Assembly (NCBI GenBank): GCA_049513815.1
Contig: JBEKVR010000005.1
Span: forward strand, 1,313-65,312
DNA: 64,000 bases
DNA from: Roseiarcus sp.
GTDB taxonomy: Bacteria; Pseudomonadota; Alphaproteobacteria; Rhizobiales; Beijerinckiaceae
Direction of reading: 5' to 3'
The notes beneath the pieces are model-generated. The model ran no database searches. It saw nothing but the letters and a program-made list of their open reading frames with translations, and had not been told where the DNA came from. Numbering within the stretch: position 1 is the stretch's first letter; every line of letters begins with the position of its first letter. This document shows positions 1-11,621 of this stretch, piece after piece. The translations under genes were made by a program, and so were the position numbers.

Positions 1-226
1 TGAACAACACTTCGCCCGACGGGTGGCTCGCCGCCGGATAGGGCAGCAGCTTGACGATCGACTGCGCGGTGACCGACTTGCCCGAACCCGATTCGCCGAC
101 CAGCGCCAACGCCTGGCCGCGCTCGAGCGTGAACGACACGCGGTCGACGACGACATGCGTCTCGCCGCCGTGTTGGAAGGCGACCGACAGATCACGCACG
201 GAAAGCAGCGGCGCGGCGACGGTCAT
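1..226 (-). CDS. yejF: Peptide/microcin C ABC transporter ATP-binding subunit, N-terminal part only (runs off the window)
   Basis: Not in ORF track. Manual translation from ATG 226: MTVAAPLLSVRDLSVAF...LALVGESGSGKSVTA (Walker A). ATGA overlap with the yejE stop. Confidence 0.9.
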   Translation of the reverse strand, partial: MTVAAPLLSVRDLSVAFQHGGETHVVVDRVSFTLERGQALALVGESGSGKSVTAQSIVKLLPYPAASHPSGEVLF

Positions 227-1380
227 GTGAAAGTCTTTCGCGGATCGAACGCGTCGCGCACCGCTTCGCCGATGAAGATCAGCAGCGACAGCATCAGCGC
301 GACGACGGCGAAGGCCGACAGCCCCAGCCACGGCGCCGACAGGTTCGACTTGCCCTCCAGCAGCAGTTCGCCGAGCGACGGCGAACCGGGCGGCATGCCG
401 AGGCCGAGGAAGTCGAGCGAGGTCAGCGTGCTGATCGACGAATTGACGATGAACGGCAGGAACGTCAGCGTCGCCACCATCGCGTTGGGCAGCACGTGCT
501 TGACGATGATCTTCACATTGGACAGGCCGAGCGCGCGCGCCGCGTTGACGTATTCGAAGTTGCGCGCGCGCAGGAACTCGGCGCGGACGAGATGGACGAG
601 GCTGACCCAGGAGAACAGCAGCAGGATCGTCAGCAGGACGCCGAAGCCTGGCGTCAGGATCGCCGACAGGATGATGAGGATGTAGAGGTGCGGCAGCGAC
701 GACCAGATCTCGATCAGCCGTTGCATCGTCAGATCGAGCCAGCCGCCGAAATAGCCCTGCACCGCGCCCGCCGCGATGCCAATCACTGAGGAGACGCCGG
801 CGAGGATGAGGCCGAACAGCACCGAGATGCGGAAGCCGTAGATCAGCCGCGCGACGACGTCGTGGCCGTTGGCGTCGGTGCCGAGCCATTCCGGTTCAAG
901 GTCGCGGCAGGCGCCGCCGTCGGGCGAGATTTTCGACGCGTCGCCGCGCGCGTGGGCGACGATCGCCGCGCGGCACTGGGATTCGGTCAGCGTCCAGGTC
1001 GGCGGCGACGGGAACGGCGTCGGCGGATCGAGCTTGGTGGTCGAATCGGCGAAGCGGATCGGCGGCCACACCATCCAGCCGTGGGCTTCGATCTCGCCGG
1101 CGATCTCCGGATCGCGATAGTCGGTGTGGGCCTCGAAGCCGCCAAACTTGTCTTCTGGATAGTCGACCAGCACCGGGAACAGCAGCTCGCCCTTGTAGGA
1201 GGCGATCAACGGCCGATCGTTGGCGACGAATTCGGCGCCGAGCGAGACGACGAACAGCGTCATGAAGATCCAGAACGACCAAAGCCCACGCCGGTTGCGG
1301 CGGAAGTTGTCGAGCCGCCGCCGGTTCATTGGGCTCAGGCGGAGCCAGCCGTCGGAATGCTGCGGAGGGGCGAGGGTCAT
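223..1380 (-). CDS. yejE: Peptide ABC transporter permease YejE
   Basis: NRRGLWSFWIF, LGTD..G.DVVARLIYGFRIS, EAA loop (YVNAARALG), ends GEAVRDAFDPRK. Confidence 0.92.
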   Translation of the reverse strand: MTLAPPQHSDGWLRLSPMNRRRLDNFRRNRRGLWSFWIFMTLFVVSLGAEFVANDRPLIASYKGELLFPVLVDYPEDKFGGFEAHTDYRDPEIAGEIEAHGWMVWPPIRFADSTTKLDPPTPFPSPPTWTLTESQCRAAIVAHARGDASKISPDGGACRDLEPEWLGTDANGHDVVARLIYGFRISVLFGLILAGVSSVIGIAAGAVQGYFGGWLDLTMQRLIEIWSSLPHLYILIILSAILTPGFGVLLTILLLFSWVSLVHLVRAEFLRARNFEYVNAARALGLSNVKIIVKHVLPNAMVATLTFLPFIVNSSISTLTSLDFLGLGMPPGSPSLGELLLEGKSNLSAPWLGLSAFAVVALMLSLLIFIGEAVRDAFDPRKTFT

Positions 1381-1418
1381 GCGCCTTCCCCGTCAGCGAC
1401 GCCGCTCCCCCCCGCCCC

Positions 1419-1530
1419 CGTCATGGCCGGGCTTGACCCGGCCATCCAAGCGCCGCCAGTGACACGAACGACATGAAGCCAACCCGGCGCCATCACGTAA
1501 TGGATGGCCGGGTCAAGCCCGGCCATGACG
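1419..1530. repeat. REP-like palindromic doublet, family A (GTCATGGCCGGGCTTGACCCGGCCATCCA and its inverse)
   Basis: Inverted arms at 1419-1448 and 1501-1530; further copies at 46347-46463 and 55383-55488. Confidence 0.9.
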
Positions 1531-1558
1531 CGAAGGGTGGCGGGGCGGCGCATCCGCA

Positions 1559-2662
1559 TCACACCTCGCGCGTCTCGAAGTCGATGCGGGGATCGACCCA
1601 GGTGTAGGTGAGGTCGGAGATGAGGTTCACCACCATGCCGAGCAGGGCGAAAACGTAGAGATTGCCGAGCACCACCGGATAGTCGCGCTGAATCAGCGAA
1701 TCGTAGGAAAGGTAGCCGAGCCCGTCGAGCGAGAACACCTGCTCGATCAGCAGCGAGCCGGTGAAGAAGGCGCTGAGAAACGCGCCGGGAAAGCCGGCGA
1801 TGACGATCAGCATCGCATTGCGGAACACGTGGCCGTAGAGCACCCGCCGCTCGGAAAGGCCCTTCATCCGCGCCGTCTGCACATAGGCCTTCTTGATCTC
1901 GTCGAGGAAGGAGTTCTTGGTCAGCAGCGTCGTCGTGGCGAACGAGCCGAGCACGAGAGAGGCCACCGGCAGCGCGATGTGCCAGAGATAGTCGAGGACT
2001 TTGTGCGGCCAGGAGAAGTCGGCGAAATTGTCGGACGTCAGGCCGCGCAGCGGGAAGACCTGCCAGAACGAGCCGCCGCAGAACAGCACCACCAGCAGCA
2101 CCGCGAACAGGAAGCTCGGGATCGCGTAGCCGAAGATCACCAGCGCCGAGGTCCAGGTGTCGAAGCGCGAACCGTCCTTGACCGCCTTGCGGACGCCGAG
2201 CGGAATCGAGATCGCGTAGGAGATCAGCGTCATCCACAGGCCGAGCGACATCGACACCGGCAGCTTCTCCTTGATCAGCTCGACCACCGGCGCGTCGCGG
2301 TAGTAGCTCTTGCCGAGATTGAAGGTCGCGTAGTCGCGCGCCAGCATCCAGAAGCGCTCCGGCGCCGGTTTGTCGAAGCCGTATTGCTTCTCCAGCTCCT
2401 TGATGAACTTCGGGTCGAGCCCCTGCGCGCCGCGATAGCGCGAGGAAATGTCGCCGCCGGCGCGCGCCATCGCCCCGGCGCCGATCTGGCCGCCGCCGCC
2501 GCCGATGCGCGCCATCGACCCTTCGTCATTGCCCTGCAATTGCGCGATCGCGCGCTCGACCGGCCCGCCCGGCACGAACTGCACGATCGCGAACGAGACC
2601 AGCATGATGCCGAAGATGGTCGGGATCATCAGCAACAGGCGGCGCAGGATGTAGGCGAGCAT
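1559..2662 (-). CDS. yejB: Peptide ABC transporter permease YejB
   Basis: MLAYILRRLLLMIPT, YRGAQGLDP, YGFDKPAPERF, ends DPRIDFETRE. Confidence 0.93.
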   Translation of the reverse strand: MLAYILRRLLLMIPTIFGIMLVSFAIVQFVPGGPVERAIAQLQGNDEGSMARIGGGGGQIGAGAMARAGGDISSRYRGAQGLDPKFIKELEKQYGFDKPAPERFWMLARDYATFNLGKSYYRDAPVVELIKEKLPVSMSLGLWMTLISYAISIPLGVRKAVKDGSRFDTWTSALVIFGYAIPSFLFAVLLVVLFCGGSFWQVFPLRGLTSDNFADFSWPHKVLDYLWHIALPVASLVLGSFATTTLLTKNSFLDEIKKAYVQTARMKGLSERRVLYGHVFRNAMLIVIAGFPGAFLSAFFTGSLLIEQVFSLDGLGYLSYDSLIQRDYPVVLGNLYVFALLGMVVNLISDLTYTWVDPRIDFETREV

Positions 2663-2706
2663 CAGCGGCGGCCCGTCGTTCTAACGCTGGCTGCGCGTAA
2701 GCGGAG

Positions 2707-2797
2707 CGTCATTGCGAGGAGCGAAGCGAAGAAGCAATCCAGTCTTCCGACTGCGCTCGCTCCAAGACTGGATTGCTTCGCTTCGCTCGCAATGACG
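2707..2797. repeat. REP-like palindromic doublet, family B (CGTCATTGCGAG...GAAGCAATCCAG / CTGGATTGCTTCG...CTCGCAATGACG)
   Basis: Long imperfect inverted repeat between yejA and yejB. Confidence 0.85.
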
Positions 2798-2826
2798 GCG
2801 CCAATCCGACCTGATCGCGACATGCT

Positions 2827-4689
2827 CTAAAGTCCGATCCGCTTCGCCTTGTCTTCGTCCCACCACCAGGTGTCGGGGGCGCCGACGCCAAGCTTGGGCT
2901 GGGTCGCCGGGCGCGAGAACGCGTCCCAATAGGCGACCCGGGCGGCGTCGCTGTACCACATCGGCGCCCAGTAATGCGCGGCGCGCAGCACGCGGTCGAG
3001 AACGCGGCACGTGACGTTGAGCTCGTCGCGCGTCGCCGCGTGGACGATGCGTTCGACCAAAGCGTCGACGACCGGATCGGCGATCCCCGGCAGGTTGCGC
3101 GAGCCCTCCATCGTCGCCGCCTGGGAGTTCAGGAACACCCTCAGCTCGGCGCCGGGCGTGATGGCGCCGCCAAACGCCATGCTGACGACGTCGAAGTCGA
3201 AGTTCTCGGTGCGGCTCTTGAACTGGGCGGCGTCGACGATGCGCGAATGCGCGTCGACGCCGAGCTTGCGCAGGTTCTGCTGATAGGGCGCGGTATGGGG
3301 CTGCAGCGCGTCGGAGAAATCGAGGAACTCGATCGAGAACGGGGCGCCGCTCGGCAACTTGAGCGCGCCGCCGTCGCGCTTGCAGCCGGCGGCGAGCAGC
3401 ATCTCGTTGGCGCGCTTCAGCAACGTCCGGTCGCTGCCGGAGCCGTCGCTGACCGGCGGCGCATAGGGGGCGCCGAACACGGAATCGTCGACCTTGCCGC
3501 GCAGCGGCTCGAGGATCTTGAGCTCGTCGGGGCCGGGCGGGCCGACCGCCTCCATCGCCGAATTCTGGAAATAGGAGACGACGCGCTTGTAGGACCCGAA
3601 CATCACGTTCTTGTTCGTCCATTCGAAATCGAAGGCGAGGCCGAGCGCCTCGCGGATGCGCGGGTCCTTGAACGGCTCGCGCCGGGTGTTGAAATACCAG
3701 CCTTGCGAGCCGGTCGGCGCGCCGTTGTGCAGCGACTCCTTCTTCACGCGGCCGTCGTTGAAGGCGGGGAAATCGTAGCCGGTCGCCCAGACGCGCGCGG
3801 TGTACTCCTGATGGAAATTGATCGCGCCGGCCTTGAACGCTTCGAACGCGACCTGGCGCTCGCGGTAATATTCGAACCGCAGCCGACGGAAATTGTTCTG
3901 GCCGACGTTGATCGGCAGGTCCTTGGCCCAATAATCGTCGCGCAGCTCGTATTCGATCGTCCGCCCCTGCTCGAACGTCTTGACCCGGTAGGCACCGGAG
4001 CCGAGCGGCGCGTCGAGCGTCGAAGCGTCGAAGTCGCGCCCCTTCCACCACGCGGCGGAGAAGATCGGCATGCCAGCGACGACGAGATGGGCGTCGCGCG
4101 TGCGCGCCTTGACGAAACGCACCAGCACGACGTCGTCGGCTTCGGCGTCGACGCCGTCGACCTCGACCAGCAATTGCGAATAGGTCGGATGCGCCTTTTC
4201 CTTGAGCACGTCGAGCGAGAACTTGACGTCCGCCGCCGTCACCTTCGAGCCGTCGGCGAAGCGCGCCTCGGGGCGCAGCAGAAAGCGGTAGCCGAGCTTG
4301 TCGGGGCTGACCCTGACCGCGCGCGCCAGCAGGCCGTAGAGGGAATCCGGCTCGTCGCCGTTGCCGCTCATCAGCGTGTCGAATGTGGCCGACACGCCCG
4401 CCGCGCCATTGCCGCGCTTCGAGAAGATGTTGAGCGTGTCGAAGGTGTCGAAGTTCTGGTTGCCCGAGGTCGAAGTGATCTGCAGCGACAGCAGGCCGCC
4501 CTTCGGCGCGGCGGGATTGACATAGGCGAGGCGCTTGAAGTCGGGCGGCAGGGCAAGGTCGCCGAACGAGGACAGGCCGTGCGTTTCGACCCAGTCGTCG
4601 GCCCGCGCGCGCCCGCCGCCGACGACGGCCAGGGCGGAGAACGCCGCCGAACCCTTCAACGCGCCGCGCCTCGTCATTGTCGAACCCAT
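2827..4689 (-). CDS. yejA: Peptide ABC transporter substrate-binding protein YejA with Tat-like signal
   Basis: TRRGALK signal, HGLSSFGD, YVNPAAPKGG, DYWAKDLP, DPRIREALGLAFDFEWTNK; start 4689 or 4677. Confidence 0.9.
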   Translation of the reverse strand: MGSTMTRRGALKGSAAFSALAVVGGGRARADDWVETHGLSSFGDLALPPDFKRLAYVNPAAPKGGLLSLQITSTSGNQNFDTFDTLNIFSKRGNGAAGVSATFDTLMSGNGDEPDSLYGLLARAVRVSPDKLGYRFLLRPEARFADGSKVTAADVKFSLDVLKEKAHPTYSQLLVEVDGVDAEADDVVLVRFVKARTRDAHLVVAGMPIFSAAWWKGRDFDASTLDAPLGSGAYRVKTFEQGRTIEYELRDDYWAKDLPINVGQNNFRRLRFEYYRERQVAFEAFKAGAINFHQEYTARVWATGYDFPAFNDGRVKKESLHNGAPTGSQGWYFNTRREPFKDPRIREALGLAFDFEWTNKNVMFGSYKRVVSYFQNSAMEAVGPPGPDELKILEPLRGKVDDSVFGAPYAPPVSDGSGSDRTLLKRANEMLLAAGCKRDGGALKLPSGAPFSIEFLDFSDALQPHTAPYQQNLRKLGVDAHSRIVDAAQFKSRTENFDFDVVSMAFGGAITPGAELRVFLNSQAATMEGSRNLPGIADPVVDALVERIVHAATRDELNVTCRVLDRVLRAAHYWAPMWYSDAARVAYWDAFSRPATQPKLGVGAPDTWWWDEDKAKRIGL

Positions 4690-4788
4690 ACGGCCCGCTT
4701 TCCCGTTAGACTGTCGCCCGAACGATTCGCACGGATTAAAACCGGCTTTGCGGCGCTTGGCCAGCGCCGACCGGTTGAGGGATGAAGC

Positions 4789-5781
4789 ATGAATGACGCC
4801 TTTTTCAAGACAGCGGCGCGGGCGCCGGCGTTCGGCTTCCACGGCGCGCCGCTCGACCGCGTCTCGGAGCGGCGCGACGACGACGCCATGGTCGCCGCGT
4901 TACGCGCCCGGCCGGACGCCAAGGCGGTGCTGATCGCGCGCGAAATGCCGATTCTGCCGCGCGGCGCGGCGCCTTTGGCGCCGTACTTTCCGCTCGCCGA
5001 GGTCGAACGCCTCGGCGGCGCGCAGTTCGAGGCGCTGCTCGGCATCGAAGCCGCCGGCGCCCCGGTCTTCGCGGCGCTGCTGCCGGACGGCGCGGTCGAG
5101 CAGCTTTCCGGCGACAGCGAAGGCTTCCTCGACCGGCGGCAGTTGGTCGTCCCCGGCCGCGACGACCTCGCTTTGACCGACCTGCGCTCGATCGCCGTGC
5201 AGGGGTTGGTCGGCGCGGAAGCGCTGGCCGTGCTCGGCCAGGCCAAGGCGATCCTGTCCTGGCACGCGCGTCACGGCTTCTGCGCCAATTGCGGCGCTGA
5301 GACCCGGCCCGCCGCCGCCGGCTGGCGGCGTGAGTGCGACGTCTGCAAGGCGCAGCATTTTCCCCGCACCGATCCGGTCGTCATCATGCTGGCGCTCAAC
5401 GGCGAGCGCTGCCTGCTCGGCCGCCAATCGCGCTGGCCGGAGGGCATGTATTCGTGCCTCGCCGGCTTCGTCGAACCGGGCGAAACGATCGAGGAAGCGG
5501 TCAGGCGCGAAATCCGCGAGGAGTCGGGGATCGCCTGCGGCGAGGTCGCCTATCTCGCGTCGCAGCCGTGGCCCTTCCCGTCGTCGCTGATGATCGGCTG
5601 CTTCGCCCGCGCCGCCAGCCGCGACATCGTCGTCGACGATGTGGAGCTCGAGGACGCGCGCTGGTTCGAGCGCGCCGAAGTCATGGCGATGTTCGACAAA
5701 CGCCATCCCGAAGGCCTGACCACGCCGATGCCGATGGCGATCGCGCATCACATTCTGCGGGTGTGGGCGGAGGGCGACTGA
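4789..5781 (+). CDS. nudC: NADH pyrophosphatase (Nudix)
   Basis: Zn ribbon FCANCG...CDVC, FPRTDPVVI, Nudix box GFVEPGETIEEAVRREIREESG, SQPWPFPSS. Confidence 0.95.
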   Translation: MNDAFFKTAARAPAFGFHGAPLDRVSERRDDDAMVAALRARPDAKAVLIAREMPILPRGAAPLAPYFPLAEVERLGGAQFEALLGIEAAGAPVFAALLPDGAVEQLSGDSEGFLDRRQLVVPGRDDLALTDLRSIAVQGLVGAEALAVLGQAKAILSWHARHGFCANCGAETRPAAAGWRRECDVCKAQHFPRTDPVVIMLALNGERCLLGRQSRWPEGMYSCLAGFVEPGETIEEAVRREIREESGIACGEVAYLASQPWPFPSSLMIGCFARAASRDIVVDDVELEDARWFERAEVMAMFDKRHPEGLTTPMPMAIAHHILRVWAEGD

Positions 5782-5794
5782 ACTGTGCATTGGG

Positions 5795-5824
5795 CCCCCT
5801 CTCCCAGTGTGCGGGGAGAAGGGA
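5795..5824. repeat. Short palindromic repeat, family C, between convergent nudC and rph; possible bidirectional terminator
   Basis: CCCCCTCTCCC-AGTGTGCG-GGGAGAAGGGA; inverted related copy at 57057-57085. Confidence 0.65.
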
Positions 5825-5844
5825 TCGGATGCGGCGCGACTGTC

Positions 5845-6561
5845 TCAGCCCATCGCCGCCTTCTGCAGTGCGACGATCTGAACGATGGCCCCGCGCGCGA
5901 GCGCCAGCAGCTTGAGCAACTCCGCTTCGCTGAACGGCGCGCCTTCGGCCGAGCCTTGCACTTCGACCAGGCCGCCCGAGCCGGTCATGACGAAATTGGC
6001 GTCGGTCTCGGCGGTCGAATCCTCGGCGTAATCGAGATCGAGCACCGCCTCGCCCTTGACCACGCCGCAGGAGACGGCGGCGACATGGTCTTTCATCGGA
6101 TTGTCGCGCACGATCGAGCGCTGGGTCATCCATTTCAGGCAATCGGCAAGCGCGACCCAGGCGCCGGTGATCGCCGCGGTGCGCGTGCCGCCGTCCGCCT
6201 GCAGCACGTCGCAGTCGATGGTGACCTGCCGTTCACCGAGTTTCGGCAGGTCGACCACCGCGCGCAGCGAACGCCCGATCAGGCGCTGAATTTCATGGGT
6301 GCGGCCGGACACCTTGCCCATCGAAGACTCGCGCTTGGTGCGGGTCGAGGTCGCGCGCGGCAGCATCGCATATTCGGCGGTGACCCAGCCGCGGCCCTGG
6401 CCGCGCAGCCACGGCGGCGGCTTGTCCTCGAGCGAGGCGGCGCACAGCACGTGCGTGTCGCCGAAACGCACCAGGCACGACCCCTCGGCATAGCGCGCGA
6501 CGCCGCGCTCGAACGTCACTTTGCGCAATTCATCGGGGGCGCGCTGGGAAGGTCGCATCAT
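5845..6561 (-). CDS. rph: Ribonuclease PH
   Basis: [54 protein letters not shown]. Confidence 0.97.
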   Translation of the reverse strand: MMRPSQRAPDELRKVTFERGVARYAEGSCLVRFGDTHVLCAASLEDKPPPWLRGQGRGWVTAEYAMLPRATSTRTKRESSMGKVSGRTHEIQRLIGRSLRAVVDLPKLGERQVTIDCDVLQADGGTRTAAITGAWVALADCLKWMTQRSIVRDNPMKDHVAAVSCGVVKGEAVLDLDYAEDSTAETDANFVMTGSGGLVEVQGSAEGAPFSEAELLKLLALARGAIVQIVALQKAAMG

Positions 6562-6752
6562 CAAGGGTCCTAACTATGACCGGGCTGCTGTAGCCCCGAG
6601 GCGCCGGCGTGGCAATCGACGCCTCGACGACGCCCGACAGCCGAACGCTCGGTCGACAATGTTATACACATTGATATGTTGTTCGAAGTCTGGCGCGGCC
6701 GCAAAATCGACCAGCAATTGCGCTAGGCCAATTTGCGTGATTGGGTCCGTGG

Positions 6753-6767
6753 TTAACTGAAGGTTCA
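6753..6767. promoter_or_regulatory. Possible CtrA box (TTAA-N7-TTCA)
   Basis: TTAA ctgaagg TTCA, one mismatch to TTAA-N7-TTAA, ~50 bp upstream of the DUF3775 gene. Confidence 0.45.
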
Positions 6768-6819
6768 GCGGGAGGCGCGATGCGGGGCATGATCGCGCCA
6801 CTGCGGGAGGACGGTCGCG

Positions 6820-7215
6820 ATGAGGGAAATCAGCGCCGAAAAGCTAACTTACGTCATCGCCAAAGCGCGCGAGATGGCGGGCGAGGCCGAAGGGCGTGGA
6901 GCTAACGGATCGAAACGAAGCGTCGCGGCTAGCGCGGCCGGGGGCGAAGGCTGCGTTGCGGCGCGGGCCGAACTCGCTGGGTTCATCGAATCGATGGATG
7001 AAGGCGAGCAGTGCGAACTGATCGCGCTCGCCTGGGTCGGGCGCGGAAAATTCACGCGCGAGGAATGGAAGAGCGCCCTGGTCGAGGCGCGCGCCCACCT
7101 CAAGCAGCCGACCGCCGATTACCTGCTGCGCAATCCGAAGCTTGCCCCGCACCTCGAATCCGGCCTCGCCGAGATCGACTTCATCGGCGACGGCTTCGAG
7201 TTCGGCCGCCACTAG
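6820..7215 (+). CDS. DUF3775 family protein
   Basis: ELAGFIESMDEGEQCELIALAWVGRG...W...TADYLL..P.L..HLESGL; GGAGG SD upstream. Confidence 0.8.
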   Translation: MREISAEKLTYVIAKAREMAGEAEGRGANGSKRSVAASAAGGEGCVAARAELAGFIESMDEGEQCELIALAWVGRGKFTREEWKSALVEARAHLKQPTADYLLRNPKLAPHLESGLAEIDFIGDGFEFGRH

Positions 7216-7334
7216 GGCGCCGGACCGCCGCGGAAGCTGAGGTTCGCGCCAAAGCGCGGCCGTGCGGGCGCCGTTCACCGCCCGCGACGGCCGGATTTCG
7301 CTGGCGCCTCGGCAAAAATCCTGTATAAGCCGCG

Positions 7335-7446
7335 AACTCCGGGGCGAACGCCCCGGGGCCCAAACGACCGACCTGGACGACATCCCGGCTCGGCCGAAAC
7401 GAACCTGCGACGGGCTTTCGCCGCCGCCAGCCAAAAGGACAGATCG
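7335..7446 (+). ncRNA. Putative alphaproteobacterial S15 (rpsO) autoregulatory leader
   Basis: Structured 5' UTR with hairpin CCGGGGCGAACGCCCCGG and motif CTGGACGACATCCCGGC (7373-7389); -10-like TATAAG at 7324; family recalled, not searched. Confidence 0.5.
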
Positions 7447-7716
7447 ATGTCGATCACTGCCGAGCGCAAGGCTGCGCTCATTAAAGACTATGCGTTGAAG
7501 GCCGGAGACACCGGCTCGCCGGAAGTGCAGGTCGCGATCCTCACCGAGCGCATCGCCAACCTGACCAATCATTTCAAGACCCACGTGAAGGACAATCATT
7601 CGCGCCGCGGTCTTCTCAAGATGGTGTCGCAGCGCCGTACGCTGCTCGACTACGTCAAGAAGGGCGACGAGGCGCGCTACAAGACCCTGATCGAGCGCCT
7701 CGGCATTCGTCGCTGA
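7447..7716 (+). CDS. rpsO: 30S ribosomal protein S15
   Basis: [29 protein letters not shown]. Confidence 0.99.
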   Translation: MSITAERKAALIKDYALKAGDTGSPEVQVAILTERIANLTNHFKTHVKDNHSRRGLLKMVSQRRTLLDYVKKGDEARYKTLIERLGIRR

Positions 7717-7999
7717 CGGCCTCGAACGTACCGGGCGGCGGCATAGGGCCGCCGTCCGACTGAGTAGGATCGCGAAAGCCGCGCGTCGCAGTTGGCTGCG
7801 AGACGGCCCTTCCCCTCGAAGGTCCGACAGCCCGTCAAGCGTTGGGCGTTCCAGGTTGGACGCCCTGCGGCAGGATCGCCAAAGGCTGGCGCCGAGCGCG
7901 CCAACCTCTCGCCGTCTTGCCGATGACGGACACATTCGCAGCCGCCCGCAACCCAGCGAGCGGCCTCGCATCCTTTCCATGTTTGAAAAGGATGAATCG

Positions 8000-10147
<2,148 letters not shown>

Positions 10148-10196
10148 TCCGCCCTTAACCTTGCGGGGTTAATTCCCGTTAACCCGTGAAAATGCC

Positions 10197-10232
10197 AGAG
10201 CGGCGCCCCACCGGCGCCGCTCTTTGCCGTTT
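10197..10232 (+). terminator. Probable intrinsic terminator after pnp
   Basis: Hairpin AGAGCGGCGCC-CCACC-GGCGCCGCTCT followed by a weak T tract. Confidence 0.55.
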
Positions 10233-10368
10233 GTCTGCCGGTCGTCCCGTAACCACGCTTCGTCAACCGCGTTCATCAACTTCGCCGAGCGCTTCCCCGG
10301 CGTTAAGGCGGGCGAAACGTCGGTCGCGGAGACTGTCCGATCAACGACCCCAACCTCAAGAGTTTTCG

Positions 10369-10647
10369 ATGCAAGTCAGTTTCTCCGGCTCGCTGCAAGC
10401 CGGGCGCGCCGCCAAGACGATCGGCCGAATCAAGGTCGTCGGCCGCTGGCGGGGCGTCGACGAACCGGCGACCGAAGCCGATCGCCGCGCGCTGCTGCGC
10501 GACCTCACCCGCGAAGCCGAGGATTACGGCGCCGACGCGCTGATCGACGTCCGTTTCGAAGCCGAAGAGACCGCAGAGAGCGACGGCGTCAGCCTGCGTC
10601 GCCTCGTCGCCAGCGGTTCGGCGGTGCAGATCACGCTCGCCGCCTGA
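10369..10647 (+). CDS. YbjQ-like putative heavy-metal-binding domain protein
   Basis: ALLRDLTREAEDYGADALIDVRFE...LVASGSAV. Confidence 0.65.
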   Translation: MQVSFSGSLQAGRAAKTIGRIKVVGRWRGVDEPATEADRRALLRDLTREAEDYGADALIDVRFEAEETAESDGVSLRRLVASGSAVQITLAA

Positions 10648-10671
10648 ACGACGCCGGCGCGCGGCGGGGCC

Positions 10672-11151
10672 TCAAGCCGGCCGCCGCGCCGCCAGTCCCA
10701 TCAGCGTATAGGCGCAGACCTCGCGCCCGTCCTGATTGACGCCGATGATGCGCATGCCGATCAGGCCCCAGTCCGGCCGTCGGGTTTCGCGCATCGAATC
10801 AATCCGCAGCGAGAATGCGATGTCGTCGCCCGGCCGCACCGGCGCCGACCAGCGTAGATCGCGCACGCCCCGACCGAGGCCGAGCGGCGGCGGCTTGTCG
10901 CCGGGCGTCGCCAGGGCCTTGCGCTGCGCGCGGCGGCCGTCGACCAGCAGCCGCATCGACACGCTGACGGTGTGCCAGCCCGACGCGCACAGACCGCCGA
11001 AGATCGACTTCGCCGCCGCCGCCTCGTCGAGATGGAAGAGTTGCGGATCGAACTTGCGGGCGAAGTCGAGGATCGCCTCGCGGGTGAAGCGATGAGCGCC
11101 GAGCGGCGCCGTCTGGCCGACTTCGTGGTCCTCGTACCAGAGGCCGATCAT
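10672..11151 (-). CDS. MaoC family (hot-dog) dehydratase
   Basis: FARKFDPQLFHLDE, GGLCASGWHT, WSAPVRPGD; ATGA-coupled to the upstream paralogue. Confidence 0.88.
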   Translation of the reverse strand: MIGLWYEDHEVGQTAPLGAHRFTREAILDFARKFDPQLFHLDEAAAAKSIFGGLCASGWHTVSVSMRLLVDGRRAQRKALATPGDKPPPLGLGRGVRDLRWSAPVRPGDDIAFSLRIDSMRETRRPDWGLIGMRIIGVNQDGREVCAYTLMGLAARRPA

Positions 11152-11612
11152 GCCTGCGTCTCGCCGTTGGGGCGGCGGCCGAAGAACACCGACCCCTGCT
11201 GCCGCATCACCACTTCGCGGTTCTGGTTCATCAACTCGAACCGCATCTCGACGACGCCGATGTCGGGGCGCGAGCGCGACGTTCGCGCGCCGAGCGTGGT
11301 GCGGCGGACGCTCAGCCGGTCGCCCGGCCTGACCGGCTTCAGCCAGTCGATCGACTCGATCCCGGGCGACCCTTGCGCGCTCGAGCGCAGGAAGACCTCG
11401 TCGCAATTGATGCGCATCATCAGCGCGGCGCTGTGCCAGCCTGAGGCGATCAGCCCGCCCGCCATCGATTCGCGCGCCGCCGCTTCATCGAGATGGAACG
11501 GCTGCGGATCGAATTCGCGCGCGAATTCGACGATCTCCTCGGCGGTCACCGTGCGGCTGCCGAATTCGACGACCTCGCCCACCGGGAAATCCTCGAAATA
11601 GAGCAGATCCAT
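11148..11612 (-). CDS. MaoC family (hot-dog) dehydratase
   Basis: YFEDFPVG, FAREFDPQPFHLDE, GLIASGWHS, WLKPVRPGD. Confidence 0.9.
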   Translation of the reverse strand: MDLLYFEDFPVGEVVEFGSRTVTAEEIVEFAREFDPQPFHLDEAAARESMAGGLIASGWHSAALMMRINCDEVFLRSSAQGSPGIESIDWLKPVRPGDRLSVRRTTLGARTSRSRPDIGVVEMRFELMNQNREVVMRQQGSVFFGRRPNGETQA

Positions 11613-11621
11613 GGCGGCGTC

